From a virus (lineage: Duplodnaviria; Caudoviricetes): a stretch of DNA of 64,000 nucleotides. The notes under the pieces were generated by a model that saw nothing but the letters and a program-made list of their open reading frames with translations, was not told the DNA's origin and searched no databases. Both the position numbers and the translations under genes were made by a program. The stretch lies in IMG/VR virus record IMGVR_UViG_3300025087_000689. One strand, written 5' to 3'. Each line of letters opens with the position of its first letter. Within the stretch, counting starts at the first letter, position 1. Below, piece after piece: positions 25,961 to 35,065 of this stretch.

Positions 25961-26402
25961 AGATTCTCACTTGTTAAAGATTATAAAAACTCACCAAAGT
26001 TTATTCCCTTTGGAATATTTTCATCGTATACTTTCAAAAAGAATATATTAAAAGTATTTTTACCCTAATAACGCATTTCCTTTCGTTCATCGAATCCTTT
26101 AAAATCGCAATACTCACTACAAGGTTCAAACGAATAGAATCTTCCTTTTATATATGCCGTTTCTCCAATATCAACTGTCTTAATGCATTTGTATAACATC
26201 AATAAAATCCTGTGGAAGGTGAACGTTAACAGTATTTATGACGGCAGTAAACATTGGAGCGATCTAAAGAATCTTCGGGGCCAATATGATCGCATTTGTT
26301 GCATTTAACATTTCTCATGATTTCTCCTTTGCTATTTGTATGCACCACAGTTTGAATGAACCTGGGAACAGGTGAGCCGCCCTTTGGCTTGTTGTAAAAT
26401 GT

Positions 26403-26684
26403 TTAAACTACGCCCGCCTTTTTTCGTCTTAACTCCAATTTTTTTGCACGATACCAGACCATCATTGCACGATTCGCTATATCTAAACTCAATTTCTGGT
26501 GTGAATGTGCCCCATTCCTATACTTTTGCACATCCACTGCCATTTCCGTAATCAAGTCGGATAGGGGGGGTATTTTTCCGGCCCATCCTCTTTTTCCTTC
26601 CTTTTCTTTTTTAGCAAGACGATTATACATTTCTGTATAAAATTCTTGCATGGTGAGTTCAAGTTTTTTGTCTTTTATTTTCAT
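26403..26684 (-). CDS. conserved small phage protein
   Basis: RLAKKEKEGKRGW...DIANRAMMVW motif. Confidence 0.65.
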   Translation of the reverse strand: MKIKDKKLELTMQEFYTEMYNRLAKKEKEGKRGWAGKIPPLSDLITEMAVDVQKYRNGAHSHQKLSLDIANRAMMVWYRAKKLELRRKKAGVV

Positions 26685-26912
26685 TTTCCCTTTCAGCGAG
26701 TTTAAACTTCTTACAACGTCTCAAAGCACGCACGTCGCGTAATCGTGACGTGCCACCGTCACAACGCTACTATCAGGAACGACCCTGAACAAGGCGTGTG
26801 GTAGTTTTAATGAATTCGTAATGAACCACATACAGAACAACTACATCGTTATTATGTGTAATACCGAACAACATTATTGACGTAGCATTTATACGAATTC
26901 ACGACTCAACAT

Positions 26913-27152
26913 TTAATCTGTAACCTGTTTTGCTTCCTCCGCAAAATGATCGTACTCCATGACCTTACCAGAAGCGTAGTTTCCTTCTGGGATGGTTATG
27001 GGTTTATGTTCTTCGTGTACAATTGTGGCAGATTCCTTGAGATTGAAAAATCTTTGATCTTTGTCTTCAAAGACTTCTACCTCTGCATCAATAACGTGTG
27101 CATGACCTGTAACTTCTCCTTCTGCAAGAACTGGTCTGTCTAACTTCTTCAC
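26913..27152 (-). CDS. partner protein of DUF6745-like gene
   Basis: LAEGEVTGHAH...HEEHKPITIPEG.Y motif; SD AAGGAGG, GTG start. Confidence 0.75.
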   Translation of the reverse strand: MKKLDRPVLAEGEVTGHAHVIDAEVEVFEDKDQRFFNLKESATIVHEEHKPITIPEGNYASGKVMEYDHFAEEAKQVTD

Positions 27153-27165
27153 AAAAACCTCCTTA

Positions 27166-28452
27166 TTAAGTTAATACTTTTGGATATTTTTTCAAAGACT
27201 TTGCATCTTTGTTCCAAACACAAACGTCTCCTTGTTGATACCAGTCTTCTCCATCTTTTGATACCGGTATACTTTTCATAGCTTGGGGTTTTCTGCTATT
27301 CAATGCCTTCTCCACAGTATCGCAGTCTGGTGGAACGCCTTCAATATGATATATTCCAATGCTAGGATTCAACATTTTTAAATAAGGTCTGCTTCTATCA
27401 CCAAGATTAAGATTCAAAAGTTCATAATTACCAATTTTATCTAAAATAGTTGCTCCTAAATCCTTACAGACTTTTTCTATACCTATTTTCCTTACTATTT
27501 CCCTTCTTATTTCTACATTGGTTTCCTTAAGGATAATATTTGAGTCTAATTTGTCCCAAGCAGTCATAACCAAGTCTTTAGGAACACTAACTCCATTAAG
27601 ATTATATATAGAATACCCATCACTGTATTCTACAGAAGGACCATTTTCACAATGAAGAACATTTCCTTTAAACTTCAAAGTCTTAGGCTTCTGGGAAAGA
27701 AATACAATATCCTTAAATATAAACATATAATGAACATATTCATGTACCTTTTTGAATATTTCCCATCCTTGCATATTATCTATTTTCTGGACTTCACTTA
27801 TCAAATAGTCATAAAAAGAGCAATATCCACTAAAAATATTACCATTCGTACCAAAATATCCTAATAAATAATATTCTAACTTAAGACTGCGAAGCTGACT
27901 GTCAAGCTGACTGTAAAGCTGACTGTCAAGCTGACTGTCAAGCTGACTGTAAAGCTGACTGTAAAGCTGACTGCGAAGCTGACTGTAAAGCTGACTGTAA
28001 AGCTGACTGCGAAGCTGACTGCGAAGCTGACTGTCAAGCTGACTGTCAAGCTGACTGTAAAGCTGACTGTAAAGCTGACTGTAAAGCTGACTGTCAAGCT
28101 GACTGTAAAGCTGACTGTAAAGCTGACTGTAAAGCTGACTGTAAAGCTGACTGTAAAGCTGACTGTCAAGCTGACTGTCAAGCTGACTGTAAAGCTGACT
28201 GTCGATTTTCAAATTCTTAAAGACTGCTTTTACTATATTAATTCCTATATTACAGGCAAAAGGGGAATCTAAAATTATGAATAGTTTTGGTTCAATATTT
28301 AAATACATTTTTAAATAAGGAAGTAAAACTTCTTTAGCCTTATCTAATTCAATAGGATTATATTCTAATCCTATTTTAGTCCACTTATCTATATAAAAAG
28401 GTATTTTGGATTCTTGCATTGGCGTTAGCTTTGTAATCATATAACCTTTCAT
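27166..28452 (-). CDS. DUF6745-like protein with xSQL tandem repeat
   Basis: KLTPMQE...W...GL N-terminus, LHCENGPSVEYSDGY..Y.LNGV, NVEIRREIVRKIG, CDTVEKAL. Confidence 0.75.
   Translation of the reverse strand: MKGYMITKLTPMQESKIPFYIDKWTKIGLEYNPIELDKAKEVLLPYLKMYLNIEPKLFIILDSPFACNIGINIVKAVFKNLKIDSQLYSQLDSQLDSQLYSQLYSQLYSQLYSQLYSQLDSQLYSQLYSQLYSQLDSQLDSQLRSQLRSQLYSQLYSQLRSQLYSQLYSQLDSQLDSQLYSQLDSQLRSLKLEYYLLGYFGTNGNIFSGYCSFYDYLISEVQKIDNMQGWEIFKKVHEYVHYMFIFKDIVFLSQKPKTLKFKGNVLHCENGPSVEYSDGYSIYNLNGVSVPKDLVMTAWDKLDSNIILKETNVEIRREIVRKIGIEKVCKDLGATILDKIGNYELLNLNLGDRSRPYLKMLNPSIGIYHIEGVPPDCDTVEKALNSRKPQAMKSIPVSKDGEDWYQQGDVCVWNKDAKSLKKYPKVLT
27886..28203 (-). repeat. 12-bp tandem repeat x26.5
   Basis: unit NNC-AGT-CAG-CTT with NNC = TAC, GAC or CGC only. 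Confidence 0.95.
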
Positions 28453-28470
28453 GAATTAAAATCATAAATA

Positions 28471-28648
28471 GAGCGTGCTGTTACGCTAAAGGGAAAGGAG
28501 CTTCACCTACTATCCGCAGTCGAACCTAATCACGCTTATTTTCAAAGCTATCGACCAACTCAATAAGACGTTCGTAGAATTTACTACGACAAGGATTTCG
28601 GTGCTTCGTCCCACTCATTAAGGATGGCTGCTTCTAAGCCAACCACTC
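28471..28648 (-). ncRNA. 23S rRNA GTPase-associated-centre-like RNA with insert
   Basis: GGTTGGCTTAGAAGCAGCCATCC...GAGT [insert] GCGTAACAGC, closed by GAGTG/CGCTC. Confidence 0.7.
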
Positions 28649-28658
28649 AATCCAAAAC

Positions 28659-28832
28659 TTATTTTTCGGCTATAATAGAAGATGATATCTCATTTGGTTT
28701 CTTACCATAATTCTTCTCGACAAATTCAAAGGCTGTCTTGTTCACGTCAGAACAGAACTTCTCATCAGCAGTGAACTTACCTTTGATGTTAGTCTTGTCG
28801 ATCTTACCAATGTACTCGATTTGCTTTAACAT
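28659..28832 (-). CDS. small hypothetical protein (57 aa, below ORF-track cutoff)
   Basis: SD AGGAGG; MLKQIEYIGKIDK...IIAEK*. Confidence 0.6.
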   Translation of the reverse strand: MLKQIEYIGKIDKTNIKGKFTADEKFCSDVNKTAFEFVEKNYGKKPNEISSSIIAEK

Positions 28833-28841
28833 ATTGTCCTC

Positions 28842-29141
28842 CTAATGTCCATACCTATTATATATGGGTTGTTGAGTTGGTATTGTTCGCGAATTTAAAA
28901 GACTATCAAGTGTATGAACTAGTCGTATTTGACAGTATTTGCAGTTACCCTTGTGAACAAGGAATTGTATTTCTGAGAAACTAGCTGGACCAATGTACTC
29001 ACAACCTTCTATCTCAAATATCCAAAGATTTTGGGTATTATCGCAGTTTGTCACTTGTTCTTCAAGTTTGTAAGACTTGATTAGCTCATGATCAGCTGCA
29101 CAGACTAAGATGCATAGTAACAGAATGATTCTAATCATCAT
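28842..29141 (-). CDS. secreted or membrane-anchored hypothetical protein
   Basis: signal peptide; FEIEGCEY...HKGNCKYC motif. Confidence 0.7.
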   Translation of the reverse strand: MMIRIILLLCILVCAADHELIKSYKLEEQVTNCDNTQNLWIFEIEGCEYIGPASFSEIQFLVHKGNCKYCQIRLVHTLDSLLNSRTIPTQQPIYNRYGH

Positions 29142-30739
29142 TGTTCTCCTAATAGTTCAAGTATTGGACCTTCGGATTTTTCAAAATGTACTGAATCGAA
29201 CACTGGTCCGTGGATGCTACCACTATCCGTTATGTGGTGTCCTTTAATCTTGATAATTGAATCATTATTAATGACTTCATCAATGTTTTTAGCAAACCAC
29301 TTACGCTCATAGTCGGTGAATCCAGATCCAACATCTGTGTTACCAAGACCATCTATCTTACAGTGTAATGCACCAATCCTGGTCTTATCGATTTTACTAG
29401 ACTTGGTTTCTAGTGGTTCCCATCCCACGATTTTACAATCATAGAAGTCAGTCTTCTTGATTTTCCACCATGCTTGTGCTTCAGGATTAAACTGTGGATC
29501 AGGAGTTACTTCATCAAGAAGTTTTATTACTAGACCTTCACCCCTACGTTTTTCGACCACAGCCTTCCATCCATTTCTAACCGAGTCAAACTGCTCGGGA
29601 ACATACACGTAAGTATGGTTGTCAGCGATCTTTGCCATGATTTTATGCTTCTCACGGTAGGTAAGAGATTTGGCCGATCTGCCATTAACCTTTGCAAGAT
29701 CATAAATAACGATGGCTGATTGCCCTTTCTGAATTTGTTGTTCTGAACGAGAACGCAGTGGATTTGATATGAGTGAGAATTTGGCCAATAGATGTGGATG
29801 CTCAAATCCGTAGTCTTTAAATACTTGCCCACGCGTAATTCTGCGTCCAGGAACATAGATGAGTTCACCCCGAGCAATCGTCCCGTGAAATTCTGAGTGG
29901 ATATCATCTCTAATGTCTGGGAACTTATCTTGGAGAAATATTGTACTTTCACGTTTGCCTTCTCTCCACGAGTAGATTTGGTTACCACTTTTGTCGAATC
30001 TGATGAGATTGGCTGCACCATCGATTTTTGCCTCGATAATATAGGCTTGGTTATTTTCCTTAAGTTTCTTTTCGAGATCAAATGCTTTAGGTGGGACATC
30101 TCTTCCCGTGGTACCAGCAATGAGTTTAAACTTGTTCTTACCTTTGATTTGCGGCTCATCATATTTCCTTCGAGAACAGATCCAATTACCTTTTGAATCC
30201 TTTGGATCTATAAGGGCAAAACGACCAGTGATACTCCTGTTTGTGTCAGTTTTATAGATATTGAATAAAATTTCGCCTTTCGAATGGGTTTTGAGTAATT
30301 CAATATCTTCATTGAAGACAACCGTTTGAGTACCTCTACCGTATCCTTCCTGGATAATACCTGACCAGTTGTATCCATATTTACCTTTTGAATGTTGAGG
30401 TTGACGAGCGAATGATGTGCGAACTACATCTCCCTGAGGGAATAGTCTTTCTATTTCTCCTTTGGATACAGCTCCACGAAAGATCTCTATGCCATCTGCA
30501 TCTACAATAGATATGTCATGATGAAGATGTAATGCTTCGTGTCGTTGAATATATAATTTACCAACTCTTGATTTTTTGTTCTCAGGTATTTTATTGAAAT
30601 TATTAAGACGTATTGCTGGTTTATACCTATCTCGTATGAACCGACGAGTACGAGATTTTAACCATGGTTCGACAAAGGTGCTGAATAACTCAGCACCAAT
30701 GTCTACCATAGTGAGAACAACCGCAATCTTCTTACCCAT
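29138..30739 (-). CDS. LigD-like 3'-phosphoesterase + ATP-dependent ligase fusion
   Basis: QRHEALHLHHDISI and QHSKGKY PE-like motifs; EAKIDG, RGELI, YDLA, GEGLVIK, WWKIK, VGSGFTD; start approximate. Confidence 0.75.
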   Translation of the reverse strand: MGKKIAVVLTMVDIGAELFSTFVEPWLKSRTRRFIRDRYKPAIRLNNFNKIPENKKSRVGKLYIQRHEALHLHHDISIVDADGIEIFRGAVSKGEIERLFPQGDVVRTSFARQPQHSKGKYGYNWSGIIQEGYGRGTQTVVFNEDIELLKTHSKGEILFNIYKTDTNRSITGRFALIDPKDSKGNWICSRRKYDEPQIKGKNKFKLIAGTTGRDVPPKAFDLEKKLKENNQAYIIEAKIDGAANLIRFDKSGNQIYSWREGKRESTIFLQDKFPDIRDDIHSEFHGTIARGELIYVPGRRITRGQVFKDYGFEHPHLLAKFSLISNPLRSRSEQQIQKGQSAIVIYDLAKVNGRSAKSLTYREKHKIMAKIADNHTYVYVPEQFDSVRNGWKAVVEKRRGEGLVIKLLDEVTPDPQFNPEAQAWWKIKKTDFYDCKIVGWEPLETKSSKIDKTRIGALHCKIDGLGNTDVGSGFTDYERKWFAKNIDEVINNDSIIKIKGHHITDSGSIHGPVFDSVHFEKSEGPILELLGEQ

Positions 30740-31109
30740 GTGAACAAACAGCTGCTGTTGCTGCGGCAAGTTCAATTGCACGCGGATGAGCAGCCGTTGT
30801 TTCAATCTCATCGGTGTCAGTGGTGTCCAACTGGCAAACGTTCCACAGAACGTTAAAGACTTCCATACCGATTGTGATCGCGGTGAAGATGATTAAGAAG
30901 TACGAGAAGCAAAGAGCAATGAGACCAATCAAAGATGTCATCGCGAACGGAAGCAGGAGCACATCTGCTGCATAAAGACCGAAAATCTCGAATGTGCACA
31001 TTACAAGACCAGCACCGATTACGGCGACAGCCTTGTGAAAATGCCGTTTGAAAAAGTTAAGAGCCATGCTTGGAATCGACTTGATTCCGTTCCAGATTTT
31101 GCGAATCAT
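30732..31109 (-). CDS. membrane protein
   Basis: SD AGGAG; 2-3 TM segments. Confidence 0.7.
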   Translation of the reverse strand: MIRKIWNGIKSIPSMALNFFKRHFHKAVAVIGAGLVMCTFEIFGLYAADVLLLPFAMTSLIGLIALCFSYFLIIFTAITIGMEVFNVLWNVCQLDTTDTDEIETTAAHPRAIELAAATAAVCSHG

Positions 31110-31129
31110 AAGATACTCCTACGTTAAGG

Positions 31130-31399
31130 TTAATTGATATCAAGTACATTAATAACTGTATCTTGTTTCTTCTTCATTGGCTTTGGGAATACAGCTGATA
31201 TTTTTGAAAGTTCAGATATCATAAATTGTAATGCTGCTAAGTTGGTTTCAATTTTATTCGGAGCACATTTGACACAATAACATTTATCAGTAACTGATAA
31301 ATATATTGAACCTTTTGTTACTATCTTATCGCAATTGCCGCAAGTATAATCGTGGGTTGCTTCTGATGAAAGTATTTCTCTTGGAAATATGTTAACCAT
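31130..31399 (-). CDS. Zn-finger hypothetical protein
   Basis: CGNC...CVKC. Confidence 0.65.
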   Translation of the reverse strand: MVNIFPREILSSEATHDYTCGNCDKIVTKGSIYLSVTDKCYCVKCAPNKIETNLAALQFMISELSKISAVFPKPMKKKQDTVINVLDIN

Positions 31400-31922
31400 G
31401 GTTCTTCAGCCTTTCATATATATCAGAAAGTAATAACTCCTTGCTCTCAGCCTCTCTGATTTCCTCTTCGACTAGTCTGCGTTCATATGATGATTTGACA
31501 TGGTTAGCGAAACGTAACATTTCTGGCATACCGAGAATACATACTATAATCCAATATGGAGATAATAGTATGAATTCCATTGCGGCGAAAACTATAAACC
31601 CGAATCCAAACTTAAGTATTGGATCGTTAATACCATTGGTAAAGCTTGCAATCACTGCAAACACAGCGAGTTGTGGTAGCATTAGCAGGAGATATCCCGC
31701 GATAAATACAATAGGAATTACAGTCCAAGCTAGTGTATCAATAGCATTGGTAATGTTATGAAGGATGTGACTGAGTATTCCGAGAACAAAATCCTTGATT
31801 GCGTTGAAGATAATCTTGGTTCGTTTCCACATTTGAATCTCGTTTTTTAAAGTATTCTTCTGCGATCTTATATTGTTCTTCAATAGGTAGGTTATTGAAT
31901 AACCTGCACTGCGAGTCAACAA
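31392..31922 (-). CDS. membrane protein
   Basis: several hydrophobic segments; start uncertain. Confidence 0.6.
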   Translation of the reverse strand: MLTRSAGYSITYLLKNNIRSQKNTLKNEIQMWKRTKIIFNAIKDFVLGILSHILHNITNAIDTLAWTVIPIVFIAGYLLLMLPQLAVFAVIASFTNGINDPILKFGFGFIVFAAMEFILLSPYWIIVCILGMPEMLRFANHVKSSYERRLVEEEIREAESKELLLSDIYERLKNHG

Positions 31923-31934
31923 TGGAATGTTTAT

Positions 31935-32183
31935 TCATAATACTTCTGGTAGGAATGAGACAATCGTATTTCTTGACTTGTCATAGACTACTGTCATAGT
32001 CTTACTAGCCCAAGTAACTTCGTGAATAGACACGCGATTGCTTTGTTTATCAATGATTTTTGATTTGCCTGTTTGGATTATCTTACAGATCTTTTGATAA
32101 TCATCGTTGTTTAACTGCAAATCAAAACGTTCAAGTGCCCGCTGCTTTGCATGTCTGATTTGTGTTTTGTATTTTGATGACAT
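31935..32183 (-). CDS. small HAxxRxxER protein (DUF4258/RelE-like fold candidate)
   Basis: RHAKQRALERF...VVYDKSRNTIVSFLP. Confidence 0.55.
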   Translation of the reverse strand: MSSKYKTQIRHAKQRALERFDLQLNNDDYQKICKIIQTGKSKIIDKQSNRVSIHEVTWASKTMTVVYDKSRNTIVSFLPEVL

Positions 32184-32192
32184 GGTTTGTTC

Positions 32193-32387
32193 CTACATGT
32201 AGTGTTTAATGGCGATCGTAAGACCAACACAAAGACCAGTCATAGCTAAGCCAACCCAAGTCAAACCTTTGTTTCCACAGAACCAATGGAATGCAGCACA
32301 GACAGCATTAATTGGTGTACAGATCAGAAGGATCTGAATGATTGTAAATGGATCGTTCATAAGATACCTCACTTTTAAGGCTAGCAA
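32193..32387 (-). CDS. small membrane protein
   Basis: two hydrophobic segments. Confidence 0.55.
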   Translation of the reverse strand: MLALKVRYLMNDPFTIIQILLICTPINAVCAAFHWFCGNKGLTWVGLAMTGLCVGLTIAIKHYM

Positions 32388-32568
32388 AACGCAAAGATAA
32401 TTAAGACAACGCCAATTATAGGATGACCTGCAAAAATGCAGATAATACCACCAATAAATATAATTATATTACGCATTGTAATTCCTTGTTTAGGTACAGA
32501 CAATAATTTGATTAAAAATCATTCAATTATACATGTATAGTTATTATTGTCTGTCTTAAATTGACATG

Positions 32569-32772
32569 TCATAGGCATTGTGATATATCCAATGTAAAAT
32601 CTTGATAAAGGATATCGGGATAGTTATAGTTAACACTGTTGCCATCAGGTGAACATGATAAACAGTGTCTGCAATCTCCACAAACCCAGGAACCAATGAT
32701 AACTATAGTCCCGTCATTTATAATACCATGTGAACATGGTATGCCATATTTATTTTTATATATCGTCAACAT
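32569..32772 (-). CDS. hypothetical Cys-rich protein
   Basis: CSH...CGDCRHC. Confidence 0.55.
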   Translation of the reverse strand: MLTIYKNKYGIPCSHGIINDGTIVIIGSWVCGDCRHCLSCSPDGNSVNYNYPDILYQDFTLDISQCL

Positions 32773-32886
32773 GTTTAATTTCCATCAATAGACGTTCATC
32801 TGCGACTAACATATCAACGTTTAGATCTTCATCGTTGATAGTATCAACTGATCCGTCTTCCCATATTAGTTGAATCATATAATCCT

Positions 32887-33483
32887 TTATTTGGTTTTAA
32901 TTACTACACGTTTATTCTTAGTGAAATATAAACCATTTGGTTTAATAGTAGATTTTCGTCCAAGTATGTCATAATAATATAACATACTATAAGTTTTAGT
33001 GTTATAATGACGTGCTGGAATACTATGTTCTTTTGTAGTATTTAATGTATCGTCAATATTTGTCCATCTTTCGATTATTGTGGTGCGTATAAAATCTATT
33101 CCCGATGTATCAGAATTTATTGTTTCAAGAACAAATAATTTACCAACTACGTTATTCTGGTTTTTTATATAACGGGTAAATCCTTTACGTATAAGCATAA
33201 TATTATGTTGTAATATGGAATCGTTTATAGAATCTTTAACGAATAAGGTAGAATTTCTTTCGACTATTGTGGTATTGAGAGTGTTGTAGTAAATATAAGT
33301 TTTTATAGTAATGTCTAATACATTACTATCGGCGATACCAACACTTCCCTGATTACTATCTAAAGATACACCATCATTGTTACATCTGCCAGTCATTTGT
33401 ATAAAATGCTGAAATGTTAGTGTGTCGTGAATTGAAAATACATTATAGACCATTACAAGCAGGATTAGAGACGTGAATTTCAT
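32887..33483 (-). CDS. secreted protein with T9SS-CTD-like tail
   Basis: signal peptide; ends YYYDILGRK..KPNGLYF...VVIKTK. Confidence 0.55.
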   Translation of the reverse strand: MKFTSLILLVMVYNVFSIHDTLTFQHFIQMTGRCNNDGVSLDSNQGSVGIADSNVLDITIKTYIYYNTLNTTIVERNSTLFVKDSINDSILQHNIMLIRKGFTRYIKNQNNVVGKLFVLETINSDTSGIDFIRTTIIERWTNIDDTLNTTKEHSIPARHYNTKTYSMLYYYDILGRKSTIKPNGLYFTKNKRVVIKTK

Positions 33484-33661
33484 AAGTACTCCAATAAGTT
33501 TAAGTCTGTTGGTTTAGTTAAAGACTCTATAGAACTGACACGACATGGTTCGTTAAATTAGATTTAAAAGGTTAATATTATAATATACTCATTGAAATGA
33601 ACTAACTTATGTTATGTTACTACCCCAATTACTTTATGAAGTCGCGGTAGGTGTAACCTTA

Positions 33662-33904
33662 TCATAAGTTTAAGATGTTAATGTCTGGAGATTCAGGTTT
33701 AGTAACTAAATCTAACTTACAAACAACAATAGAACCATGTTCAGTACAAGATATTATGTTTTTAGTAAAGGCTATAAACGCTTGTAAGACCTTAGGATCA
33801 AGGTAAACAGTATCAGTGGGATTGTGAGCGTCATTAGCTCTTAACTCGAACTGGAAGCCATCGTAGACAGCATAAAGACCGTCACCTAGATATACTGGTT
33901 CCAT
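33662..33904 (-). CDS. conserved small phage protein
   Basis: YLGDGLYAVYDGFQFEL...VYLDP motif. Confidence 0.75.
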   Translation of the reverse strand: MEPVYLGDGLYAVYDGFQFELRANDAHNPTDTVYLDPKVLQAFIAFTKNIISCTEHGSIVVCKLDLVTKPESPDINILNL

Positions 33905-34255
33905 ATGTTATTCCTTATAGTTAATGACTCTTTTGAGTTCGTTTTCTAATAATATAACGTCTGAAGAACTGTGTTCTCTAAATCGTCGTATTACCTTCTG
34001 TAATAGGAAGGTGTAGCTTTTAGATGGAATGACTTCTTTATTATAATGAAGCCAAGTTTTACTAGAATAGATGTCAAACATAAGTTATTCATTAGTTGAA
34101 GTAATAAGTATGAATATTACGTAATATTATATATAGTTTACACCAATCTCTCATTTTCCCTCATTCGCCAATCTATCACCAGCAAATATATGTATATTAA
34201 TATATATTGATAGTATATATTGTTAAATACGTAAAATATGATATGAGTACATCTC

Positions 34256-34355
34256 GCAGCTACGCTGCAAAATATACATACTTAGTTCTCAACTATGTAT
34301 GTATATTTTCACCCCATATGCCCCTCAAGGGGCTATATCGCAACTATATAGTTGC
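34256..34355. repeat. cluster of inverted repeats
   Basis: GCAGC/GCTGC; AAAATATACATAC/GTATGTATATTTT; GCCCC/GGGGC; perfect palindrome GCAACTATATAGTTGC. Confidence 0.8.
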
Positions 34356-34604
34356 TGTCCCCTCCCTAAAGGGCCCCACCCCTCCGGGGATGACTCTGTT
34401 TAGTCTCTTATTTAGCTCGTCTTTGAATACTGACATTGTGTTGTTCCTGTTTTTAAGTCATTATTACCCGCGAAAACGTTGTAGATACAGCGTTGATAGG
34501 TACTTATAGGCATAAATATAGGGGAATCGAGTCCTATTCAGCAGTTGCTACTGTGAGATGCTGTTTTCAGTCTCTATCCCCTTATTTATCGACTTCCTAA
34601 GCGT

Positions 34605-34979
34605 TTAGGCTTTGTGTGCAGCTTCAGCAGCAGTTGCCGTTGCATTTGCTGTTGCCTGAACTGCGTTGTACGCATTCATGACTGCAGCATTCAGTACGTT
34701 GCGTGCATCTGCCGTCAAAGCGTGGAAGATGTCATCGTATTCCGGCTTTCCGGTCTTTTCCGAGATGACTTCGGCACCTGCCTTGAATTTCTTGCGTCCG
34801 GGCATGGAGACGAATGTTCCCTTTTCGCCTTGGATTACGCGAATGCCATTGACGCGAAATGCACCATCCAACAGGTTGACGCTGCACAGTGCGAGCAGGT
34901 TGGAGTCTGCCTTCTGCGTTTTGTTCTTCATGAGAACGACGTTCTTCACTTCGATGGGCTCTTTGATCTGAGTACTCAT
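34605..34979 (-). CDS. spoVG: SpoVG-family nucleic-acid-binding protein
   Basis: LALCSVNLLDGAFRVNGIRVIQGEKGTFVSMPGRK...YDDIFHALTADARNVL; start MSTQIK. Confidence 0.88.
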   Translation of the reverse strand: MSTQIKEPIEVKNVVLMKNKTQKADSNLLALCSVNLLDGAFRVNGIRVIQGEKGTFVSMPGRKKFKAGAEVISEKTGKPEYDDIFHALTADARNVLNAAVMNAYNAVQATANATATAAEAAHKA

Positions 34980-35065
34980 TGGTACTTCCTTTTGTTGATA
35001 GTTATGGACACTCAGTGTTTTATGGCTGACACAGAACCAATAGAGACTGAAACTAACTTTCGAGA

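Noticed and set aside
27876-28181. ORF MTVSLTVSF... from the ORF track
   Set aside because: Alternate-frame shadow of the xSQL repeat
27886-28203. CRISPR array or DGR template/variable repeat
   Set aside because: 12-bp units without unique spacers, in frame within a CDS; no cas or reverse transcriptase in the window
28471-28648. 23S rRNA gene or host contamination
   Set aside because: Only about 45-55 nt match, split by an insert, with phage ORFs tightly on both sides
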